DNA from: the human T2T-CHM13v2.0 reference genome, Homo sapiens
Direction: 5' to 3' (one strand)
Assembly: GCF_009914755.1 (NCBI RefSeq)
Contig: NC_060939.1
Length of the DNA stretch: 64,000 nt
Shown: piece by piece, positions 1 through 12,550 of the stretch
Numbering within the stretch: the stretch's first letter is position 1
How the letters are laid out: the number at the start of each line of letters is the position of its first letter
Notes under the pieces: generated by a model
Database searches by the model: none
What the model was told of the DNA's origin: nothing
What the model saw: the letters and a program-made list of their open reading frames with translations, nothing else
Program-made: the position numbers and the translations under genes

Positions 1-1440
1 TCCTGGCTCTCTTCCCTCAGTTTTCTCTTGAGAGCCCGTCCATTCACAGTAACTGTGATCCACGTCCCCTTTTTTCTTCAGTTCTGTACTCTTTCTACTC
101 TCTTTCTATTGGTCAGTTGGATTTAAGTTCCTCGTGTGTAACGGAGTGGGTGGGTTGGATTCTAGCAAAGTTCATTTTTTGCAGTTGTGTTTTGTGAGTA
201 TATGAGTTGTCTTTATAACTCAGAAATAATGGTCGTGAAGACATATCTACCTTCTTTCCTTCTTAAATAAATTTCACTTATTTCTGGCTTTATAAATTCC
301 CAGCCTTGTGTTTGAATTATTTTCCACGTAATTTTCAAAAGTCAGGGGTCCTGGGTCTGAATGTGTCACCTTTATGGCCATTGCCATTTTTTGGTATGTA
401 TCCTTTAATGGGTCATTTCACTTCTTTGAGCTTTAGTTTTCTCGTTAGTAGATGAGAGCTATTAATATCTACTTTAGATGTATATTATAAATATTCAATA
501 AGAAAGTATACATAAAAACATGCAGAATATTCAGGTCATATGCTAAGGGATCCACAAATATTACTGCTAGTTGAGTGACTTGAAAAAAATTATCTTCTCT
601 GTCAGAAGAAATACTCTCTTCTCATATAGATGAGATCCTAATGCCATTTGGTCACTCTTTTTTGTCACTATGAATCAGGGCCCCTCAGCCTCAAGATCAC
701 AATTGCAAGAATTAAGAAAAATGATCTTTATTTTGCATTCAAAAGTAGTGGTGTGTTTCAATAATAGTGTATTATGATTATTTATAAGTAGTTTTGATAT
801 GTGGCAGGTACATCCTTATTTTAGATAATGTATAAAAATTTATTTTTATAGAATAAATGGTTCAATTTGTCCAAATTATTATGATAAGAAGACTTCTGAA
901 TGTTAATTATGACTTCTGCTAACAGTATTGGTAGAAGAGTAATTTGGAATAACCCTCCTTATGGAGGGAGATTAGAAAATCTAGGTAAATAATTTACAGA
1001 TATCAGAGAACTAAGAAGCTAGTAGAGAGTTATAGGGCTAAGATCCTAGAGGAGACAAAAATATACAAAGATATGCTCAAAATTTAGGGCTACTTTCTCC
1101 TGGTACATTTACCGATTCTAGAAGTGTCAGCCGGAAGTTTAGTTGCACTTTTGACAGGCCCTTAAAGCAAAAGATACAAAACATTAGAGTCCAGAGTCTT
1201 ACAAAGAAGGATCCCAAGTAATCCCTATACTCAACCTTTTAGTTTGGGGTTCCTCAGAATTTGCTCCAGGCCAGACTTCTAAGAAGCTATAGCTTTCAGT
1301 CATCTCAGTCATTGAATTTGCATAAAGGAGACTCTGTATTGTCAGTGCCCAGAAGCCTAGTAGAAACAAATAAATATCTTCTCTTGAAGAAGATACACCA
1401 ACCTTTGCCTCGAAGTATTTATACTTTTTTCCAATAAAAT

Positions 1441-1547
1441 TTTATTTATTTATTTATTATTTATAGAGATAGGGTCTCCTTTGTCACCCAGGCTGTTCTC
1501 AAATCCCTGCCCTCAAGTGATCCTCTTGCCTTGGCCTCCCAAAGTGC
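1441..1547 (-). mobile_element. Alu left monomer (FLAM-like) fragment
   Basis: (TTTA)n tail then gagatagggtctcc...ctcaagtgatcctc...ttggcctcccaaagtgc. Confidence 0.85.
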
Positions 1548-1770
1548 CTTTTAAAAAATCTTACCACACAATAAAAGAAAACTAGGCACAAGACAAGGGT
1601 CGGGGTGCTGGCTGATGCTTCATGACATTTGTGGGGGTGTGATCAATTTTAAGCTCTGTATTTTATTTTGTGCAATGCACTTTTCTGTCTGCGTATTTAA
1701 AAATGTTTAAAAAAACAAACAATTATGAAACGATTGTTGGAGCACCCTGGAGACATGTTTGGCCCCTCCT

Positions 1771-2095
1771 TTTATTTTAGTTGACATGTAATATACATAT
1801 TTATGTGATACAGAGTGATATTTCAATACATGTGTACATGTGGAATGATCAAATTTGGATCATCTGGGTATTTATCACCTCAAACATAGCATGTCTTTGT
1901 GTTGTAAACACTCACAATCCTCTCTTTTAGCTTTTTGAGGATATACAATAAGTTAGTTAACCATATTCACCTTATAGTGCTGCAGAACATCAGACACATT
2001 TGGTCTATCTAGCTGTAACAGTGTGTCTGTTAACCAGTCTCTCCTCCTCCCTATACTTCTCAGCCTCTAATGCACACACTTCTATTCTCTATTTC
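1771..2095 (-). mobile_element. L1MA-type 3' end fragment
   Basis: ttttagttgacatgtaat...aatgatcaaat...cagcctctaat resembles the L1MA 3' UTR in antisense. Confidence 0.7.
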
Positions 2096-2567
2096 CGTGT
2101 AGCCACTCCTATATTTTGCATTCCAGTTTTAAGAGACTCGGAGTGGAGAAAGATATGGGAATACTATAGGACATTCAAAAAAGTTTTTTTTCCTTTGCAA
2201 AAGGGATTTATTTCTAAGATCTCAGAAATTATGTTCCTTATCTCCTTAAGAGTCACATGGCATAACCAAAAATTTTTCAGCAAAATGATAAAATTGAGGC
2301 TGCTCAGTCTCTCAAAATAAAATGTTCATCAGAAGGCTTAGAAAGTAGGCAGGTTTGATACTCCTTTAACAAAGGAAGAACATAAATCCCTTCTCATTTG
2401 TGTTTGTTTTGTAATCTTAAGATGAAAGTTCAAAAGAGGGAGAGTGAAATGGCGAAAAACAGGAATTATAAATCTGTTGAAATGCAGCAATGTGCTACCA
2501 TGGAAATTGTCTTATTTGTTTGTAACATTACCATTTATTTCACATGTACTATGTGTTGCTTATTTTC

Positions 2568-2878
<311 letters not shown>

Positions 2879-3084
2879 TTTTGCTTATTTTCCACCTCAG
2901 TACTTGTCAGTTACTGGAAGCACTATTTTCCTGTCTTCTAGCACTGGACATTGAACATACATGATTTAGATGTGTCATTCACCTCCTGTGATGTATTTTT
3001 CTTATTGTTTTCACTTGAAGCATTATTTTCAAATAATTTCCACTCTAGAAAGTAGAGTGCAGTTTTTTTAAAAAAAATAAATCA

Positions 3085-3325
3085 AAGAGTCTTAAAATTT
3101 AGAGAGCCCTTGGAAATCACTAGTTCATCATCAGTACAGGTATACTTTCTATCATATCAGTGGCAGATGGATTTCTAGCCTGTACTTAAACACTACTGGC
3201 ATCAGGGAGCCCATTATCTGACAGGACAGCTCTGCATTTTTGCAAAACCTAACTACTGAGAAAGTTCTTTTCTGCATGAGGTTCAAATGTGGAACCCTGT
3301 ATATTTCACTCATCTTTACCCACTT
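3085..3325 (-). mobile_element. L3/CR1 LINE fragment
   Basis: ctagcctgtacttaaacactact...ggagcccattatct...gagaaagttcttt resembles the CR1/L3 3' region. Confidence 0.55.
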
Positions 3326-5004
3326 CTATCTTTATTATGATGTGATTATTTTTATTTCAATTTTCTCAGTAATCAGCATCTGCTAATTAGCATATGCATT
3401 GCCAAAGATTCCCTCATGTCCACAGATGGGCATATTACAGGCTTAAATTAGTGTGATGTGGGTGACTACCACAGGTAGATCTCCTATGCCAAAACTACTC
3501 CAGTTACCACTGAGAGGGGCCTAGAGAACAGTTGCTTTAGGCAGAGCCTTGTCTATGATGCAAAAGAGGATTGTTACTGATTAGCTCTTGTAACTACGAA
3601 GCTGGATTAAATATAGCTTTCTGTATTATGTTCTTCAAGCTCATTTTCAACAGTTACCAAAGTTTTTGTCTGTGCCAGAGACTTTCCTGATTGAGGAAAT
3701 TATCAATAATTTCCACTTCTAACCAATTCTGGTTAACTTGGATATTGGGAGAAAAGGCACTTTAAGGCAACTTTTGCTATTGTTTAGAACAAAACTAGTC
3801 AACATGTAGACCAAAATGGAAAGAATGTAATTTTACTTACATTTGTCCGTTCTTATTGAAATGCCTACAAGTAACACCTATATAGCCTACAAATCCTGAA
3901 TATTATATATATATATATCTTGATTTTAAAATGCCTTAAAATTCCTATTAAAATTGCCTCCTATATTTTTTGTATCAACTGAATAGTCCCTCTTTTTTCC
4001 TAATACATTGGCAAAAATGTAGAAGCAGCCATGGGCTTCCTTTTCCTTTTTTTTTTTTTTTTTTTACCCCCTCATCCAATCAGCCAGTTCATCTCCTTTC
4101 ATGGCCGTAATTTGTCAGGATTCAGGCCCCATGGATCACTCCCCCGACATCCTTGTGTATCCTCTTCCAGTTTGAGGCAAGTCAGTCTTGGCCTCTTAGG
4201 AAAAGTTGGGCAGAGAGGGGACATGCTATTTGGACCATGAAGGGAGAGAAATGTTTTTAATCCACATCGGTGACAATGTGATTATAGATGCACTTCCAGA
4301 CAAGAGATGCTTTACATCGGATGGCGGTTCTGCTGATCCATAGGACATTTCATTGTTTTTCACCAAGTCATTATTGTTATTGTTGTTGGTACTTTTGAAA
4401 TCAGAGGTTGATTACAGACAGGTTTATCTACTTCTGGACTGTAGCTCTGATCAGAGCATGTTACTTCCTTTCTCTACACTGTTCCCCTGAGGGTAAATTT
4501 GGTGTGGGAGTTAGGATTGCAGGTGAAGAAGAACATGAGTGCTCTCTGTCTGTTTCATTTCTAAGTCTATAGACAGTGGAGACAATGTGATGTACAGTTT
4601 GATGCAGCGTTCACTTTGGAAGTAATAAATGGGGATTTAAACATTTTCTGCCTTTTCTTGCATAGTTTACTGTTCTTTCTTCCAGTGATGCAGGATGTAG
4701 AATTTGAGGAGGAGGAAAACCTAATTTTACACTATTGAAACAGAAGAAATCTTGGATTGGTCCCTACCTGGCTTTGGGGTCAGATAACTTGGCGGGGGGG
4801 AACATCCACATGAAGTTCCAGAAACTTGATGCTGGCCTTGGCAATGTCATAGTCCTGTCACATACCACAGGCTCATGCCCTGAACATTCTTAGCGTCCCT
4901 TTTCCACCCTTCTCCTGTGCTTACCCCTCTGCCTCTTTCATGCCTCCTGCATGCTCCTGCTTTGATAGTCCAAATTCTTTTCCATGTGGTTCAGGAACCT
5001 GCCA

Positions 5005-5135
5005 GGTTATCTTCCCTGTGTGTGTAACATGGAGTTAATGGTATCTTCCTTGCTTGACTCTCATGAAAACTAAAAGCAAGGTATGCCTAGTACTAGTGCA
5101 GTGCCTAGAACAAAGAAAGCTCTCTGTAGTCAGCA
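5005..5135 (+). mobile_element. MIR fragment
   Basis: tgtaacatggagttaat...gcagtgcctagaacaaagaaagctc, MIR core/3' part. Confidence 0.55.
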
Positions 5136-6269
5136 ATTCAGTATTTGGAAGAATGTGTCTACAATTACCATTACTTCTTTTAGCTTAATGAGGAGGACTT
5201 GGGAGACTTAATCGGGGTTTCCTGGGTTTGCGCTTGAGATGGAACAGAATGGCCAGAGAAGCAAAATTTCAATTACTCGTGTGTAGATTTCAGATAAGAG
5301 CAGTATTCAGGCTGTATCCTCTTCAAGGTTAGAGGAGAAAACCCGTGAGTATGTGTCTGTCATCGTATGTGCATGTGTGTTCACTGGGGTAGAGAGTGCT
5401 GAGTGGAGGAGAAAAATATGGCCTTCCCATGTTATTTTCTATTTCCTAAATTTTCAGTTAATCCAGTGAAAGCACTTATGGTTATTGCTTCCAATATCTT
5501 TTTTTTTTTTTTTTCCCACAACATGCATCCCTTGCTGGTTGTGTGTTTGATGCACTTCACCTTTGGATTCAGAATGGGACATTCATTTTTACTCTCTGGA
5601 GAGAAATTTTAAAGATACACATGTAAAGTAACTCAGAAATTCAACTCATCATAAAGGTGTTACAAGGTGTCAATACAATTCCTGAATGTGAGGTTTGGTT
5701 CCATGTTCCCCTGCTGACTTGTGGGAGTGGGAGTGGAACAAGCGGTAGGACTTACAATGTGCTGCTTCGGTCCTCAGTGGACTGTATGAGAGAGAATGCA
5801 GATTGCAGCAGAGCTCTGACCCATTTTACTGGGAAGGACTCTGGCACAAACAGCCTGGGGCTCACATGTGTTTCCTTTGCTGATGTACAGGAGAACTCTG
5901 ACATTGCTTACATTTCTTTCTCCGAAGACATGCATCACCTGCAAATGTCAAATGATAATTTTGTGCTTGCCAAAGGGAATCAGCTTCCTGAAAATGGAAC
6001 CACTTCAGGATTGCAAAAGGAGGATGTATTCTGTATAGACCTCCTCTTTGGGTCCTTTTAGACTCTGCTGGGGAATTTTTTCAGGTACTGTTTGAGAAAA
6101 AAGTATCAGTTATGACTCTGTTGTTACTATAGAAAACAAAAAAAAAAGCTGGTAAAAAGGCTTAAGGATGAAGGGACAAGAAGTCTTCTCTATCTACTAC
6201 TAAATGTCTAATTTAAAATAAGAGCAAATGCTTTGTAGTACAATGAAATAATCATGCTACTAAATACTT

Positions 6270-6428
6270 AGTATATTTGCTCATAATCCTCACAACCATC
6301 TTATGACATATTAACCCCAGCTTACCAAAGATAGATCAAGAAAAGTTAAGTGACTACTTACATTTAGAAAGTGGCAACGTCAAGATTCAAATCCATACAT
6401 TCTGGCTCAAGTTTATGCTCTTAACCAA
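6270..6428 (-). mobile_element. MIR fragment
   Basis: aatcctcacaacc...gttaagtgact...gattcaaatcc...gctcttaacca. Confidence 0.65.
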
Positions 6429-8229
6429 TTATGTTGTATTTAGCCAATCACCAGGAAGTTATTCTGTACACTCCCAAACATTGTAATATTTCAAAATATC
6501 TGAAGGATAGGGGTTACTCATCCCTTTTTCCATCTGAATGTCAATATCCTATAGAGATGGTAGTTGTTACAGCATTTAATGGCTCTTTCTGGAGAGACTC
6601 TCAGCCTGAAAGCTCCCACGCCCCCATTGATGCGCTAAGTTGCCTGAGACTTTGGCAGGTGCATCAGTTCTGGGAAGCATTAATGTGGCTCTGTCCCTCT
6701 ATGACTGAGAATGTGTGGTGTAACTGGCACATGTCAGTAGGTACTTGATGATCTTATGACTGAGAAGGACTAAGAAGAATTTGAGGCCTCTGTGCAGAGA
6801 GATGAGATGCTCTTGGTGCACACTTAGCCTCAATTCTGTAAGCTCTGAATGTCATCCCAAAAAGCCTGTAAGTCACATACCTTCCACAGAAGCTGGGCGG
6901 GGTGGGGGGAGGGGGGTTGCCTCAGTATCCAACCATGACCTTCCTCAGTGGGGTTCCCCTGCCTTCTGGCTGACACTGAACTGCTTTTTGAGGCTAGTTT
7001 GATCCTTCTGCCTCTGACCTTTTCAGTTTAAGACCTGTAATTGTCTCTCCTGCACTTAAAACCTCCTCTTTCGTTAAATGATCCTCTCTTGACATGTTCC
7101 TCAGCTCTGTTTAACTTGTGCTGTTTCAGCTAATAACCTCTATTTTGTTCTCACCTTGCAGAGCTTCAATTCCATTCTTTTCTTGACTCTTTTCCCCATT
7201 TATTCTCGCAGATGGATTTTATAGTCCTTTCTTAGGTTCAACATCATCATTTGAAATTTGTATTGAAGCTGCTTTAAATTCATGTGTTGATTTAGGAAGA
7301 GTTGATTTGTTTATAATGATAAGTCCTTTCGTATCTACTATTGTATGGTTTTCTATTTATTTGAGATTTATTTTCCATCTTTGTAAATTTTTATATGCTT
7401 TAAATTTAGTTCCTATTTGTTGATGTGTTTATTTCTATAGATTTTATATTTTTATTCCTTCTTTGAATGGGAATATTTTATTGTATTTTCTAACAGGATA
7501 TTGCTAGTATATAAAGCCACTATCAATGTCTGAATATTTATTTTATAACTAGTGTTCTTTCTAAAAATTTTGTTATCTCTTATAGTTTTTCAATTGATAC
7601 TTTTTTTTTAAGAGAAATCATTTTATTGAATTTTTGCTGCACAGGACTTCATGTTTTCCATTTGGCTTGATTCCTGCTTCCAGCATTTTCTCGTTGAGAT
7701 TTATTCCTTAAGTCTTAGTGTTCTCATTGTTGGCAAACTTTGCTTATTATGCATCAACCATATTTCTTTTCTTAGTATTTTTTCAAGAACATGAAAACAG
7801 TTACTCACAAGTTTGATATCAATATTTACTTGTATTGGATTCAAATTTACTACACCTCTTAGACTTAGCCATTTGAACACGGATCCCCTCTCTTAGGAGC
7901 AGAGGATTGTTACTATCTTCTTAATTTTATTCTCCACATTTCGACCCTTCAAGGCTTCGGCTGTGTTCCACCTTCCTCACTGGTGGGATGTGAGATCCCA
8001 GAAGGCTCCTTAGCTGGGGCTGCACAGTGTAGAATTATATATGACCAAATAATTCAAAAATGACAAGGTATAGCATTATGGAGTCAAGTATTTAACATGA
8101 TTTATTTTTACTGTGAGCTTCCATAATCTTTGAATTTTGAGTTTGTTTTTGGGCTGATAGGGTCACAAAGCATATTCATTACCCAAGTCTTTACAGAGGA
8201 TCTGCTATAATTTAAAAAAATCATAACCA

Positions 8230-8440
8230 TGATAGTGATAACAATACTAGCAACATTTTATGATTACTGTATCTTGTATTAAGGCTTTACATTCCATTTC
8301 TTCTCATAACACAGTGAGGTAAGTGTTATAATCCCTCTTTTAAATCATGTCTTGAAGAGGTTTACTAAGTTGCTCAAGGAAACACATTTAGTGTTGGAGC
8401 CAAGGTCTGAACCTGACAAAATCTGTCCCCTTAATCCCCA
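8230..8440 (-). mobile_element. MIR fragment
   Basis: ctcataacacagtgaggtaagtgttataatccc...ggagccaaggtctgaacc. Confidence 0.6.
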
Positions 8441-9749
8441 AGAACACTCCTAGTTGCTAGTGATGCAAATAGTTTGAAGAGAAATACTTAATATCTTTAA
8501 TATGTTTAGAAGTCCATTGGGGAAGGTAGACATTCAAATAATGAACTCATAGTATCAAAACTATAAATATACTATAAATGGAGATATATGTGAGTTGTAA
8601 TGGGAATATAGGGAGAATAATTCCCTATGACATTACTTATTTGTCTTTTAGTGTGGATTTTGATATTACCTCATTGGCCACCTCAACCAAAAATGGTTTT
8701 TAAACTTTCATTTATTGTATGACATAGATAGGGGAAATTTTTTTACTGCTTAGAGAATAAAAAGCTGACATATACCTGACACAAAATCTTCCTCTGAGAG
8801 AAAGGTGAATAATGATTAGAATCTGGAAGGAATCCCTTAGCTTTCAAGATTAAGGTATTCCAGTCCCCTTTAGCCTCCACTCATTCATGTCCTGTGATGC
8901 TAGGTTCCTTAGGGTCCTATCCTTATTTGTCATCTATTCTTGCTTATAAGTCCTACTTCAGCTTATATTTATGCTGCTATTATTCATCCCCAAGGATGTG
9001 TTCACAGGGTGCTAAAAAATGTAAATTACAAAAAAAAAAAGCCAAAATCAATCTTGTCTATTTTGTTCCCCAATAAAACTTGAGTCAGCCAAATATGTTT
9101 AACGGGCTTAATCAATATTGCATAGATAAAATAACTGATGGAATTAACTTTTTGCTTTTCTCAGCATGCTTAGTTTTATGTTGACTTAAGTAGGTATGGC
9201 TGAACAGTTAAATTAGTTGTGTTTGTTGAACGTTAGTATTACTCCTTAAATTGTCCTTTGCTTTTATGTAAATGTATAATTTGATGATTAACAACTAATG
9301 AAAAGCCTGAATTATAATCTTTGTCAAACTGAATATTAATGTTGCTTTCTTGAGCAGTTTAATGAGAACATCTTTTATTTTTAAATGAATTTTTATGTTA
9401 AAATGTTCATATCAGTGGATAATTACCAAATGCACGTGGGTGCTGCAATGGTCTTGACTTAGCATGATCTGAGAGCCCTTGGAAAGTCACATTTGGGTTC
9501 TTCTACAATAATTTAGTGAGTTCTGGATCTGGTGTGACTGTTGCTTGCTGTTGAGCATATGTCTATATCAATAACACCTTTTCAATTCCGATGGAGAAAA
9601 GTCACATTCAGCTTTTTATCAATACATTCTATAACACCTGAAAATATGACAGCATGAGCCATGATTTATCCTCAAAATGGTCTTTTCTCAGTTCAAGGTC
9701 CCATGGCAAAAATAAGTAAGTAAATATATTAAAAATCTGAATTACTTCT

Positions 9750-10201
9750 GTGGCAGTTATGAGAGCGCACTCCTTGGACTGTGAGGAGCATAATTGACTT
9801 ATAGCACCAACTGGTGTGCATTGAAACCTTTACTTCATTTCCAAGAAGACAGGCTTCCCACGGGCTACACTCATCAATGACTGAGTGGAGGCAGCAATGC
9901 AAAGGCAGACCTGTTTCTTGGTGACATGGAGCTCCTGATAATAAACTTTGGCTTAAGGACTCCGAAGGCCTTACTGACCTCACCTAGAATTGCACTGCTG
10001 TCTAAGACGTCTCCGCTAAACTTTCCTTCCGTGTGTCCTTCACCCAGGGTACAAGTCAATTCTACATGGTAGTTTGACAGCACTCCCAGCCTCTCCTGAC
10101 TCCCTTCTTATTTTCCCTTATGGATGTTACCTCTAATAAATCTCTGTGCAGCTGATCTCTCTCATCTTGATATCTGCTTCTTGGAGGACCTGTTTTAATA
10201 C
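9750..10201 (+). mobile_element. LTR16-family solo LTR (ERVL)
   Basis: Ends aataaatctctgtgca...tatctgcttcttggaggacc, the typical LTR16 3' end; internal ctttggcttaaggactcc. Confidence 0.7.
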
Positions 10202-10599
10202 TAGCACCTTCAAAGCTAAGACAGTATTATGGGCTTAGTTTAAGGCTAACTGGTACTCATGAGTGTGCATTTTATATTGTGCTTTGAGCTAACTATGTAA
10301 TTGTGTCTTTCAACAAGCTAGACTCAAAGTGTAGAACTTTAAAACAACTGTTTGTCTTCTACTGCCCCTTCAAAATTGTTTTTAGAATTTGTTCTTCCCA
10401 CCATCTTAGATGACAACTTGAGCAGATCCCACTGACTTTTATTCTCAGATAGCAAAAATGTCCTTTGAACACTTCCCTAAAGTCTTAGTTCATCAATTAA
10501 AGCGCTCACTCCTATAAAATAAACAAAAATCTATTAAAGTTTTGTTACAATTCTCTCTCTCCCCCAGTTAAGGCCTGTGCAGCTATCTCTGAGTTTTGG

Positions 10600-11310
10600 C
10601 AAGTGTTATAGCTGAGCCATTCTCTTTGGGGTTGTTGGGGAAACCTGTCATCACAGGGGGTCTCTCACACCTGTTCCACTGATATGGCCAAGTACAAAGT
10701 GATTCAGACATTTTAACTGCAATTCTCCCTTATCCCTGAGGTATCTATCCTAATAGCTTCAGCATCTTTCTGGTGAGGTATCCAAACCCATTCTGGTGGC
10801 CTCTCTGTGCAACATCTAAGACAACCCCACACAGATTCTCACACAGGTATGGTCCACATTTCTTCCATGGAAAATAATGCACATCATTTGTCCAATGAAC
10901 TCTGGGCATGCAGGCTCTCCCAACATGGAAGCCTCACTACAGAACACCATCCACCCCAGCAGGCAGACAGTTACAGTCTCTTTTTCTTTAGATTTCTCAG
11001 GCATCGTGCCTCTCAAACTCTAGGACATACAACATACAAATCAAATTCTGTATCAGTCCATTTCATGACATTCTCCCTAGGCTTAATGGTTGAAAAAGGA
11101 TCTCCTATTTCCCATAGATCGGGTTGTAGTGGGGTAAGCAGGACCATCATTACACAGCATTCTCTCCAAAATTCCTCTAAACTCCAGGATCCTTCTTGGT
11201 TACTCCAACCTTACAAAAGCTGGAGTTGAATTTTCTGTTCCATGTCCATGTCACCAAACTAATGTTAAGCAACCTTCTCTACTTTTGTGGTCCCACTTTG
11301 CAGCATGAAA
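10600..11310 (-). mobile_element. probable degenerate ancient ERV internal fragment
   Basis: Composition differs from the flanks and it lies next to the LTR16. No clean protein motif recovered. Confidence 0.3.
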
Positions 11311-11324
11311 ATAGTTGGCACCTA

Positions 11325-11493
11325 TTCAGTAGATTGATATTCAGTTTGTGGTCTTAGTACCAGCAGCAGCTTCACCTGGTAGCTTGAAGAAATGCTGAAT
11401 CTTAGGTCTCATCCCAGACCTACTGAATGGGAATCTGCGTTTTTACCTGGTGCCCAGGCGATTTATATTCACAGTCACTTTTGAGAAGCACTA
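11325..11493. mobile_element. MER5A (hAT-Charlie) DNA transposon
   Basis: accagcagcagcttcacctgg...cccagacctactgaat...ttttgagaagcact. Confidence 0.85.
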
Positions 11494-11554
11494 GCTTAGA
11501 GTACTCGGACGAAACAGAAATAAGAAGTAACCCATTTTAACATTCTGTTACAAC

Positions 11555-11950
11555 AGTATTATTCAACAAATTTATCGACCACTATTAGGTTCAAGACATA
11601 TTCAAAAGGCTTACTTAGTGTCTCATAGAAAGGATTAGTATATATTAGTAGTTCCATGGGATTTTAGAGGGGAAAGATTATTTTATGACCAGAGATTCAG
11701 AAAGGGAATGATTTGACTGGAGTCTTGAAAGACACACAGCACGTGTCCATGTCGAATTGAGGAAACTGGTCATTTTATGTAAAGGGATTAGAGTAAGCAA
11801 AGGTGCAGACCTTAGCTATATTTGACTAGAAAGAGAGCATGTGAAGGCAACAATGGGGGCAATACCAAGGAAGATATGTAGGTATGTGTGAGCCTTGAAT
11901 GCTGAATTGGAGTTTGAACTTCATTTAGAATGAAATGAGGGGGTCACTTT
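11555..11950 (-). mobile_element. L2 fragment
   Basis: attcaacaaattt 3' end; ggagtcttgaaag; gagccttgaatgc...ggagtttgaactt. Confidence 0.6.
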
Positions 11951-12254
11951 GGTGGGGTGTGGAGTGATTCTCCTTAGCTGCTGCTGTTGAGTGACAGCTT
12001 GAGACTTTCATTCAGATCTGAAGCTTAAAATATGGCTGGTGCAGAAAGCATCGGTCTGGAGATGAGGGCTGGTTTGCGCTAGGTCAGGGATTCCACGTTT
12101 CATCACATGGTCTTTTGATGCTGCTCATTTCTCTATTTGGAAAAAAAAAAAGTCTGTGATAGACCAAGAACTATGGCCTCAAGAACTCTCAGCAAATTTT
12201 AAGAGAGGAACATGCTGGATATAGTATTCTGGAGCCTGTTCTGGAGAAGTGCCA

Positions 12255-12550
12255 ATTTTCTTTTCCCCTTAACAGCAAAACTTATCTAGTTGTCTGTATT
12301 TACTGTCTCTAATTCTCCAACTCTCACGCTTTCTTCAATATGGATTATGCCCCATTCTGATAGTGTCTCCTCCCCAGCTGCCAGAGTACCCTTTAGAAAT
12401 AATCAGATTATAACAATTCCCTGTTTTTGCATGTAAACAACTTAGAATCCACACTAACTTTCTTACCATTGCCTGACATTTAGAATGGTCTGGCTCCAAC
12501 CTTTCTCTCCAACCCTGTCTTGTACTCGTCTTCCTCCTTTAACTATACGG
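12255..12550 (+). mobile_element. L2 fragments
   Basis: cccttaacagcaaaactt...; tggtctggctccaacctttctctcc. Confidence 0.55.

Noticed and set aside
5759-5770. GTGCTGCTTCGG resembling the U6 5' end
   Set aside because: Only about 12 nt, and the similarity does not continue.
5657-6061. 134-aa ORF in unique sequence
   Set aside because: Non-ATG start, no recognisable homology, no convincing exon boundaries.
6075-6090. TTTTTTCAG|GTACTG as a recursive splice site (similar at 31276)
   Set aside because: The reconstituted donors are weak and there is no other support; a saw-tooth nascent RNA profile would be needed.
8300-8325. Strong donor GAG|GTAAGT (also at ~60288)
   Set aside because: Both derive from the MIR consensus motif and lack a well-placed partner acceptor.
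10807-11229. 140-aa ORF
   Set aside because: Non-ATG start, lies in probable degenerate ERV-derived sequence, no recognisable domain.
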